Source of the DNA: Camelus ferus | Lineage: Eukaryota | Assembly: GCF_009834535.1 (NCBI RefSeq) | Contig: NC_045696.1 | Coordinates: 107,820,001-107,884,000 of the forward strand | Length of the DNA stretch: 64,000 bases | Direction: 5' to 3' | Shown: positions 53,233 to 64,000 of the stretch, piece after piece | How positions within the stretch are numbered: position 1 is the first letter of the stretch | How the letters are laid out: each line of letters starts with the position of its first letter | The notes under the pieces: generated by a model | Told to the model about the DNA's origin: nothing | What the model saw: the letters and a program-made list of their open reading frames with translations, nothing else | The model's database searches: none | Translations under genes and position numbers: made by a program

Positions 53233-54162
53233 CTTTTTTAAATTTATTTTTTATTGAAGTATAGTCAGTTTACAATGTTGTGTCAATTTCTGGTACAGAG
53301 CACAATGCTTCAGTCATACATGAATATACATATATTCATTTCCATATTCTTTTCACTGTAAAAGATATTTTCACAAGATACTGAATATATTTCCCTGAGC
53401 TATACAGTATAAACTTGTTTATCTATTTGATATATACCAGTCAGTATCTGCAAATCTCGAACTCCCAGTTTATCCCTTCCCACCCCCTTCCCACCTGGTA
53501 ACCATAAGTTTGTATTTTATGTCTGTGAGTCTCTTTTTGTTTTATATATAAGTTTATTCGTCTTTTTTTTTTTTTTTAGATTCCACATACGAGTGATATC
53601 ATATGGTATTTTTTTTTCTCTTTCTGGCTTACTGCACTTAGAATGACATTCTCCAGGGCCATTCATATTGCTGCAAATGGCATTATTTTATCATTTTTAT
53701 GGCTGAGTAGTATTCCATCGTACAAATATACCACGACTTCTTTATCCAGTCATCTGTCAATGGACATTTAGGTTGTTTCCATGTCTTGGCTATTGTAAAT
53801 AATGCTGCTATGAACATTGGGGGTGCTGGTATCTTTTTGAATTAAGGTTCCCCCTAAATATATGCCCAGGAGTGGGACTGCTGGATCATATGGTAAATCT
53901 GTTTTAGTCTTTTGAGGAATCTCCATACTGTTTTCCACAATGGCTGCACCAAACTGCATTCCCACCAGCAGTGTAGGAGGGTTCCCTTTTCCCCACACCC
54001 TCTCCAGCATTTATCATTTGTGGACTTTTGAATGATGGCCATTCTGACTGGTGTGAGGTGATACCTCATTGCAGTTTTGATTTGCATTTCTCTGATAATT
54101 AGTGATATTGAGCATTTTTTCATGTGCCTATTGGCCATTTGTATGTCTTCACTGGAGAATTG
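53233..54162 (-). mobile_element. Young 5'-truncated L1 with a 13-bp TSD
   Basis: TSD CTTGTGGTGTTAA at 53220-53232 and 54163-54175; ORF 53854..54138 is a well-preserved ORF2 C-terminus ([30 protein letters not shown]...[18 protein letters not shown]). Confidence 0.93.
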
Positions 54163-57100
54163 CTTGTGGTGTTAATTTCTGAACACACTTAGCTGAAGTG
54201 CTATTTGCTGGATTTACCACCATAAAGTTGTTGTTGTTTTTGTTGTTGTTATTACTATTATTATTTTGGTTAGGAAAACTTTATTATGCTCCATGCATCC
54301 AGGGAGGGAGCTTATACATGCACACGCACACTCACACAGGCACACACAGCTCATACTGCTGGCTGGCACTTAATAATTGATAAATATTGTGGGGTAGATA
54401 CTTTGAGACTCTGCTAATATCCTGTTTCTCTGCAAACATTTGACCACTGATTTATCAGTCATTGATGGAACTTGACGGTGGCATTTATGATGTGGTGTTT
54501 ACTTAGCAGTCATTTCGTTTTTTCCCTTATTTCCCCTGCATTTATTAACTGGACTTCTATAAGGAAGAGCTGTTCTTTCTTGCCTGTGTTATTTGTTTGT
54601 TCAATTTACGTCAGTATAGACTCATGGGTATTTATTTTATTCTAGTGTTTATAATCCAATACTACTATTGTATTAGATTATATCATATCAAAAGTATCAT
54701 AAAGTAATATTATTATTTTCTCTGACCCATGAGCTAGCTTTGGTCACTGGGAACATTTGGTCATTTGGTCATTGTGTCCTCTTGACATGTCCTATTCTTT
54801 TGTGAGTACTTCTATATTTTCTGGTATCATAAGAGGGTAAAAGGCTCATCTTATATTTTCCTTGCTTCAGCCCTAGAATGAATCTTTTTTCCAAGCAACA
54901 TTCCTTTTATTGCAGAATGGTATTTAGAAACCAAGTCTGGGGGCTAGGTGTGCTCATTACTACTGGGGTGTCATTGTTACTGGAGCCTCTTAGCAGGCAG
55001 AACTAGGAATACATGTATAGATACCAGTCCATGCACACACATTTACCTGTATTTCTTTCTTTATCTATTTATATATATTAAAAACTATGTAATAATACAG
55101 ATAACTGATTCCAATTCCATACTACAAAGTTCATTGTTGCCTTCCCCCTTTCTTTAGTAACTTTAACAGAATTTCCAACCCATACCCCACTGAGAAAGTA
55201 ACTTACTAACTAGACTACAGTATTTGTGTACAGCTCCTTTTGTCTTTAGTCTTAAGAGTACCCAGTTAAAATATTGTTTTCCAAGGTCACTTAGGTTAGC
55301 TCTTTCCTTATCTTCCTTTATCCTCCTTAATGTGGCTATGTTATCCATCAGTAATACAGTTCAGTTCATTTGTTACTATTTATATTCTGTTTTGTTTTTC
55401 TTTTTCCTACAGGTCTTGGTTGATTTTAATTCATTATTTACTTCTTGGAAGGAGAGTATGTGAAACATTACTATGATTCTAAGAGTCAAAGCTAATGTAG
55501 ATTTGACATCTTAATAATACAGAGTCTTCCCATCCATAAAGATGTATCTCTCCCTTTATATAAATCTTCTTTCTCTCAGCAATGTTGTACTGTTTTCAGT
55601 ATACAAGTCTTGCACATCTTTTGTCAGATTCATCTCTAAGTATTTAAAATTTTGAGGTGGTATTACAAATGGTATTTAAGTGATTCCAACTTCCAGTTAT
55701 TTGTTGCTGGTATATAGAAAGAAAATTGAGTTCTGTATATTGATCATGTATCTGTAACCTGCTGAACTCACTTATCAAACACAGTTTTAGCAGCATCCCC
55801 CAAATTTTGATATGTTGTGTTTTAATTTTCCTAATTTAATGTACTTCCTAATTTTTCCTAAAATATTTCCTGACTTTCCTTTTCATTTCTTCTTCTTTGA
55901 CCCATGAGTTATTCAGAAGTGTTATTTAGTTATCAAACATTTGCAGTTTTTCCACAGATCTGTTACTATTTCTAATTTAATTCCATTAAAGTCAGAGAAC
56001 ATATTTTATGAGCTGAATATTTAAAATTTGTTGAGATTTGTTCTACAGCCCAGAATATAATCTATTTGGTAAATATTCTGTGTACATGTGAAAAGAAATG
56101 TGTATTATTCTGTTGCTGGGTGAAGTGTAATGTAAATGTCAATTAGGTCACATTGGTTGATAGTCTTATTCAAGTGTTCTATATCCTTACGGATTGTCTT
56201 TCTACTTGTTCTATTTTTTATTGAGAACAGCACATGGAAACTTACAACTATAATTGTGACTTTATCCCTGTAGTTCTATCAGATTTTGCTTCATGCATTT
56301 TGAAGGTCTGTTATTAGGTACATGAACATTTAGAATTGTTATGACCTCTTGATAAATCAATCCCTTTATCATTCCCTAGCAATATTATTTGCTCTAAAAA
56401 CTACTTTGTCTGACATTAATATAGCCACCCAGACTTTTCTTTTCTTTTTGTGGCAAAAAACCCCACATAACATAAGGTTCGTCCTCCCAGCAACTTCCAA
56501 GTGCACAGTACAATATTGTCAACCACTTGTACACTGTTGTGCAACAGATCCCCAGGTGCCCCCTCCTCAATCCTGCCCAACAGACCACGACTCCTTACCT
56601 CACTCTCCCTCCATCCCCTGGCAACCACCATTCTTCCTTCCATCTGCACGAGTTTGACTATATTAGATACCTCATAGGAGTGGAGTCATGCAGTATATGT
56701 CTCTTTGTGACTGGCTTAGTTCCCTTAGCATAATGTTCTCAAGGTTCATCTATGTTGTTGCATGTGACAGAATTTTCCTTTTTTAAAAAGATGAACAATA
56801 TTCCATTGTATGTATATACCACATTTTCTTTATCCATTCATCCAATGAAGACATTTAGGTTGCTTCCACTTCTTGGCTATTGTGAATAATGCTATCAACA
56901 TGAGTGTTCAGATATGTCTTTGAGATTCTGTTTTCAGTTCTTTTGGATATACACCATGGAGTGGTATTGCTGATGATATGGTAGTTCTCTTTTTTAACTT
57001 TTTAAGGAAACCGCATATTATTTTCCACAGTGGCTGTATCATTTACATTCCTATCAATATCTCAACTTATCTACATCCTCACCAACACTTTCGTTTTCTG

Positions 57101-57988
57101 CTTTTTTTTTTTTTTTTTAAATAGTGGCCATACTAATGGGTGACGTGGAATTTCATTGTGGTTTTGGTTTGCATTCCCCTGCCTACTTAGTGATGTTGAA
57201 CATTTTTTCATATACTTGTTAGACACTGTATCTTCTTTGGAGAAATGTCTATTCAAGTCCTTTGCCCATTTTAAAATGAGGTTGCTATTGTTATTGACTC
57301 ACAAGAGTTCTCTATATATTCTGGATATTACCCCTTATCACATATGCTTGCAAAAATTTTTTTTTCCATTCTGTAGGTTGCCTTTTACTGTGCTGACTGT
57401 TTCTTTGCTGGGAAGTTTTGAAGTTCAGTATAATCTCATTTCTCTATCTTTCCTTTTGTCGCCTGTGCTTTTCATGTCATAGCCATAAAATCACTGCCAA
57501 GTCTAGCCATGAAGCTTTTCCCCTACGTTTTCTTCCAGGAGTTTTATAGCTTCAGGTCTTAAGTTTGGGTCTTTATTACATTTTGAGTTAATGTTAGTAT
57601 ATGGGGTAAGATAAGTTCTAACTTCTTTCCTTTGCATGTGGATATCTAGTTTTCCCAACATCATTTGTTGGAGACTATCCTTTCCCCACTGTGTACCCTT
57701 GGTACCCATGCTGAAGATCATTTGACCATAAAAGCAAGAATTTATTTCTGGGCTCTCTATTCTGTTCCATTGGTCTATATGTCTGTGTTTATGCCAGTAT
57801 CATATTTTTCTCAGTACCGTACTGTTTTGATTGCTGTAGTTTGTAATATGTTTTGAAGTCAGAAAGTGTGAGGCTTCCAGCTTTGTTCTCCTTTCTCAGG
57901 ATTGTTTTGGCTATTCAAAGTCCTTTACAATTCCATAAGAATTTGGGATTGCTTTTTCTATTCCTGCAAAAAATATCACTGGTATTTT

Positions 57989-58416
57989 TAAACAACTTTA
58001 TTGAGGCATAACTAATATACAAAAATTACACATTTTAAATATATACAATTTGATAAGCTTGGACATAGGCATGTACCTAGGAAACCATCACCACAATCAA
58101 GGTAACAGGCATATCCATCATCTCCGACCGGTTCCCTGTGCTGCTTCTCTTTTTGTTTCTTTTTTCTTTTTCTTTTTTGGTAAGAAAGCTTTACATAAGA
58201 TTTACCTTCTAACAAAATTTTAAGTGCACAGTATTATTAATGATAGGCACTATGTTGTAGAGCAGATCTCTAAAACTTATTTGTCTTGAATAATTGAAAT
58301 TTTATACCCACTGAACAACATCTCCATGATTCTACTTAATATGAAGTATCTAAAATAGTTAAACTCATAGATGCAGAGAATAGAAATGGTAGTTGCCAGG
58401 GGCTGGGGAATGGGGC
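57989..58416 (-). mobile_element. 5'-inverted (twin-primed) L1 3' fragment with TSD
   Basis: TSD CACTGGTATTTT (57977-57988)/CACTGGGATTTT (58417-58428); minus-strand piece to 58327, then a plus-strand piece 58326-58416. Confidence 0.8.
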
Positions 58417-59639
58417 CACTGGGATTTTGATAGAGATTGCATTGATCTATAGATTATTCTAGCTACTATGGTCATTTAATAATATTAAGTCTTTTAATCC
58501 ATGAACTTGGAATGTCTTTCCATTTATTTGTAAGAGCTTTCTTCTGATCAATGTTAGCATAGTGTATCTGTTAACGTATTCGTGCCTTTATATTTATTTC
58601 AGGACACAGATATTTGGGTCTTGCTTTTTTGTCTAATCTTTGCCTTCTGGGGGTATTCACACCACTTATATGTAATGTGACTACTGAGATGGTTAGGTTT
58701 AAATCTACCATCTTGCTATTTGTCCCATCCATTCTTTGTTCTTTTTTTCCCCTTCCTTTTCTGCCTCCTTTTTGGTTAACTGAATGTTCTTTATGATTCT
58801 TTCATTTTATTTCTTTTTTGGGCTTATTAGCTATAACTCTTTGTTATTTTAGTGGTGCATCAGAGGATACAACACAGATCTCTAACTTACTACAATCTAC
58901 TTTCAAGAGATGTTATACCACTTCGTGGATTATATGTGAACCATAACGATACACATCCATTTCTCTTCTCCCAGTCTTTATGCTACTGCTGTCAAATTGT
59001 ACTTAAACATATGTTAGAAACACCATAATATATTGTTGATAGTTTTGTTTAAAGAGTTAATTGCCTTCTAAAGAGATGCAAATAATAAAAAATCACATAC
59101 ATTTATCCATGTAGTTACCATTTCTGGAGCTCATTTCTTTGTGTAGCTTTGTATTTCCATCTGGTATTATTTTCTTCCTTGCCTAAACAACTTTAAAAAC
59201 AAACAAACAAAACACATGTCTTGTAGTGCATTTCTGCTGGTGTTGAATTCTTTCAGCTTTTCTATGTCCAAAAAAATCTTTAATTCACCCTTATTATTGG
59301 AACATATTTTCTCTCGGTATAGTATTCTAGGTTGATAGTTCTTTTCTTTCAGTACTTTAAAGATGTTGCTCCACTGTCTTCCGGCTTGGATTTTTCTGAC
59401 ATGAAATCCACTGTCATCTTTGTTTCACTCTATGAAATGTGACTATTTTCTCTTGCTGCTTTCCAAACTTTCTTTTTATTATTGGTTTTGAGCCACTTTA
59501 TTGTGATATATCCTGGTATAGTTTTCTTTGTGTTTCTTGTGCTTTGGGCTAATTGAGCATCTTGGGTTTGTGAGTTCATAGTTTTTATCACGTACAGAAA
59601 ATCTGGGGCCATCATCTCTTCAAATAATTTTCCTGTTCC

Positions 59640-60205
59640 CCTGCAATGCAATTTCAGCACCAACTATCCAGAGATAGTGCAGATTTCACAGGTAAAGGCA
59701 CAGCCCTCTACTAGGCTCCTCGCACTTCAGACATAACTCTCAGGTTCCCAGGCCACCCATGTTTCTGACTAACTGGCTATAAATTTGGGGTTTTCCATTA
59801 TTCCCTCAGATTCAATAATTTTCCCAAATGACCCAGAGAACTGACAAAAGTACCAAATTATGATTACCATTCTAATATAAAGGATACAAACCAGGACAAG
59901 CCAAAGAAGAGATGCACAGGGCAAGGTCTGGGAAGGTCCGAAACATGGAGCTTCTGTGTCCTCAAGACACGTCACCCTCCCAGCACATCACTGTGTATCA
60001 TTAGCCAGGGGAGCTGAATTGTGCTTCAGTGTCCAGAGTTTTTTTTTTTTTTTTTTTTATTGGGTTTCATTATGTAGGCATTATTGAATTATTGGCCACA
60101 TGACTGAATTCAATCTCTAGGCTCCCTCCCCTCTTTGGAGGTCAGGCTGATAGCAACTGGTTGAAAGTCTCAACCTCTAATCACATGGGTGGCCTTTCTG
60201 GCATG
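59640..60205 (-). mobile_element. MER21-like ERV LTR
   Basis: TTCTGACTAACTGGCTATAAATTTGGGG, GAAGAGATGCACAGGGCAAGGTCTGGGAAGG, AAAGTCTCAACCTCTAATCACATG. Confidence 0.75.
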
Positions 60206-60676
60206 GGACAATCATAAAGCTCACCTTCTCAGGAATCACTATCTTTTGTTGCCAGATGTTCAGCATCTTGAAAACCATTGTTTTAAATTCTTCCCTGATA
60301 TTTTTTGTTGTTTCAGTGGGAAGGTAAATCCAGTCCCAGTTACTCCATCTTGGTCAGAAATGGAAGATCTGTTGATTTTGTATGTTAGTTTTATTTCCCT
60401 CTGTTTTACTGAAATCTTTTATTGGTTGAGTTTTATCATCGATTCTCTTAGTTTTCCAGGTTTACTGTCATGTCCTTTATGAATAGATACTTCTACTTCT
60501 TCAATCACTCTTATGCCTCTAATTGTTTTCTCTTGTATAACTACTCCAGCACAATTCTGAATAGTAGTGGAGATAGCAGGCATCCTTGCTTTGTTTCTGA
60601 TCTTAGTGGAAATGCCGCTAATATTTTCCCATTAAATAAGGTACCTGCTTTAAGCACTAAGTTGTATGTATGCATA

Positions 60677-60700
<24 letters not shown>
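60677..60700. repeat. (TG)12 microsatellite within a TG/TA-rich tract
   Basis: Direct read. Confidence 0.9.
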
Positions 60701-60708
<8 letters not shown>

Positions 60709-63544
60709 TATACATATATACATACATATATATATAAAATCATGTTAAAAATGTATCTCAAATACCTATTTTCTTGAGCGTTTTTTAAATGAACAGTTGT
60801 TAAATTTTGTCCAAAGTTATTTCAGCATCTATTGAGACAATCATGATTTTTTTTCTTAGATATATGACATTAATAAAGATCCTAATAGTGAACCAATCTT
60901 GACTTCCTGGAATAAATCCAACTAGGTTATGTGCTTTCTGTTTGGTAATACTTCACTTACTACTTTTCATCATTATCATGAATTATATTAATTTGCAGTT
61001 TTCTTTTTTGTACTGTCTTTACCTGGTTTACATACCAGTATTACACTTATTCATAAAAGGAGCTATGATGTTTTCCTCCCTTTCAATTATCCAGAATAAT
61101 TTATTAAGCATTAGGGCTATCAGGTCTTTGAGGGTTTCACAGAATGTGAAACTAGCTGGGCCTGGTGCTTTCTGTGGGGTAGTTCCTTAATAAGTATCTC
61201 TACTTCTTCTAAGGAAATTAGATTAAATTAGTCTAAATAAAATGGGGTCAATTTTGGTCATATGTGTTTTCCTAGGAAAATATCCATTTCATCTAGCTTT
61301 TCAGAGGTCTGCAAGATAGTCTTTAATGATTTTATAAAAATGTCTTCTGTTCCTCCTTGTCATTTCTTATTTTGTATATTAGTGCTTTCTCCTTTTTCTT
61401 GATCAAATTAGCTAATCATTGGTCTACTTTGTTAATGTTTTCCTCATATCAAGATTTCAATTTATTAAAAATGCTACTGCTTTTTAATTCTCTATCTCTT
61501 TAATTTCTGATCATTATCGGGGGGTAGGTGATAGGTACATGGTGGTTCAGTAGATTACTCTGTATTTGTATATGCTCACAATTCTCCAAAATAAAAAATT
61601 AAAAAATTATATATATACATGGTATAAAATCAAGGAGTATATAAGAACTTATGATGGAAAGAAACATTCTACCAACCTACCCCATTTATGCATCTTTAGC
61701 CCAACTTCTTTTTAATCATTTATATATATATATTTTTGCTTATGTCTATAATGAAACATAAATTTAATTATAATTTAAATATAATTAATATTGTGTTTGA
61801 ATTACTTTTCTTTACAGCTTTATCAACTTTAGACAATATTTATTATTCTTTGCTAGGAAAGATGAGGATTTAGCTCATTTATTCTGTCCTACCTTACTTG
61901 TCTTACCCAGTACTTGAGGTTTAAGATTTTTAGTTCTTGTATTGGTTATCTTTGTAAACTGCAAATCATCTACTTATAAGTTTGTTTCTCACTTCATTCA
62001 TCTTAGTGCCTTAATTTCCCTTCACACAGACTGATGATAACAGCACCCTTATCCTTATCTTCTTTTCTCCCTTTTTTCTCCTTTCATTTTGTTGGCAATA
62101 TTTTGACTTTTACAGTATTCAGGTTTTAAAAATACTGTTCTGCAACCATAGTAAAATTTTCTATAGTTTATCCATAGGGTGATTTTAGGTGCTATACATT
62201 AAAATGTTTTATGATATTTTGACTACATAAATACTGTTGAATGCTAGGTTAAGCAGTATGGAAGGAATGCATCTCATTTCTTACTGTTCCAATGTCAGAT
62301 CCTTTGGGGCATTCAAAGGAGAATGTTCCAGGCATTGAGGTTAAATGAGCCTTCTTTTCTTACCCTCCATCAGTTGTTTATAATCATGCCATATTTCAGG
62401 TTGCTGCCTGTTTATACAAGACTGTTTTACACAGTTTTTTCATTTTTCTTGGAGTTTCTAATTGCTTTTCTTTAGCTTGCTGATACAGAATGCTGTGCCT
62501 TCATCATGCTCTCCAGTAACCCTGTTTTCTGATATAACTACTATTGCATGGAATCCTTCCTCACTCCTACCTCCCTTTATGGAGAACTCTAGATAAATCC
62601 TCCACCTTCTCTATTCCGGGCTGGCTGCTCTTTAGGTGCCAACCTGGGAACTTTCTTCCACTGCTTCTCTGGATTGAATCTACTGTTTCCTGGATCTCAT
62701 GCATTCCTCCTTCTTGGTTTACTTAATTTGCTGTAGTATATATTCAAGTAACTCTCTAAGAAAATAGGAGATAAGCTTTCAGAGTTTTAAAATGTCTTTA
62801 TTCTACCCTCATATCCAATTGATTGCTTGGCAGGATATAGAAATCTGAGTTCAAATCCATTTCCACAGAGTTGCCAACGAGAATCTAATACCACCCCGAT
62901 TCTTTTTCCTATTAAGGTGACCTGGTTTTTCTCTCTGGAAGAGTTCAGTGCTTTTCTAAAATTTCAAGAGGACTTGTTTATATATATCTTTTAAAAATTC
63001 ATTGTGTGTGGCACTCCTTTCAACCAAAAGACTTCTTATATTCTGTATTATTTCTCTGATTCTGTGGGCAGTGACTGGAGGATACATAAGAGATTTGGGT
63101 GGGAGGGTCACATTCTGTATTTGATCAGATGATGGTTACACAGGCATGCTGTGTTTCCCCAGGAAAGGGACAGGAACCCCAAGGAATCCCACTGGGCTCC
63201 TGGTCTTTGGACCCATCCCATCACTCCAGTCCTTCCAATTCTTTGCACCCTGTATTATTTCTTTGATGATTTCCTTCTCTCTATTTTCACCCTTCTTCTT
63301 CCCCAGACTCCAGTTAGTTAGATATTGAAATTCCTGAACTGGTCCTTTATGTCTCTTCTGTCTCTGTCTCCCATGTGTGCACGTGTGTGCCACAGATATC
63401 CTTAAACTTCAGTTTCCAGGCCTTATGTTGAAATTTTAAGTTTTGGTACTTACGTTTTAAAATTCAGACAGCTCTTTCTTGTGTTGGCATTCTGTTTTAA
63501 TAAGATTCTATTCTTGTTCTATATATGCTTTCTGAATATAGTAA

Positions 63545-63930
63545 TTTTTTTAAAAAAGACTTTTTAAAGGGCAGTTTTAGACTTACAGAAAAATTGAGAG
63601 TATAGTAAAGAGTTCCCATATACCCTGCACCCAGTTTCCCCAATTATTAATATTTTATTACATTAGCATTTGTTATAATTAATAAACTAATATTGATACA
63701 TTATTATTACTATTATTAAAGGCCACCCTTTATTCACATTTTCTTAGTTTTCACTGATGTCTTTTTTCTGCTCTAGAATCCTGTATTACATTTAGTTGTT
63801 GTGCCTCTTCAGAATCCTTTTGGCTATGACAGGTTTTCAGACTTCCCTGGTTTCTGATGACCTTGACAGTTTGAGGGGTACTTGTCAGACACTATCCAGG
63901 ACATTCCTCTATTGGGATTTGTCTTAACAT
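63545..63930 (-). mobile_element. L1MC-type 3' end
   Basis: GCAGTTTTAGACTTACAGAAAAATTGAG...AGAGTTCCCATATACCC. Confidence 0.75.
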
Positions 63931-64000
63931 GCTTTATTGTTTGTTTTGTTAACATGTCAGGCTGCACTTTGCATGTGGGAACCAGGTAAGGAGTCAGCTG

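Larger units (their letters stand above)
52720..59640 (-). mobile_element. Nested old L1 (L1MC/MD-type) block with younger L1 insertions
   Basis: TTTTAGACTTACAGGAAAGTTGCAAAA 3' end; ORF 59430..59663 resembles ORF1; a second L1 at about 56440-58533. Confidence 0.8.

Overview
Mammalian (eutherian) genomic DNA, most likely a camelid: it carries a tRNA-derived Vic-1-type SINE, and I saw no Alu, Bov-tA/BovB, PRE1 or SINEC elements. The window holds the 3' half of PPP2R3A (PP2A regulatory subunit B''alpha, PR72/PR130) on the minus strand. Nine coding exons (human-numbered 6-14, numbering from memory) all have GT-AG borders and splice into one uninterrupted frame that encodes both EF-hands and ends at TAG 2014-2016. 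The 3' UTR runs off the left edge. The rest is intron, dominated by L1, L2, MIR, ERVL-type LTRs, MER20/MER58/MER104 and a near-full-length Tigger1. I found no new gene or multi-gene system. The most unusual structures are: (i) a spacer-less imperfect palindrome of about 3.7 kb made of two convergent L1 ORF2 segments fused at a TGGCCA hexamer just upstream of exon 11; (ii) a 91-nt pre-miRNA-like hairpin whose stem mismatches become G:U pairs only on the transcribed strand; (iii) a poly(A)-tailed, TSD-flanked retrocopy of what looks like an LTR R region; (iv) a candidate 58-nt poison exon; (v) a strong sense-orientation bias of intronic L1s. Repeat family names come from recalled consensus motifs, not from a search, and repeat boundaries without TSDs are approximate.
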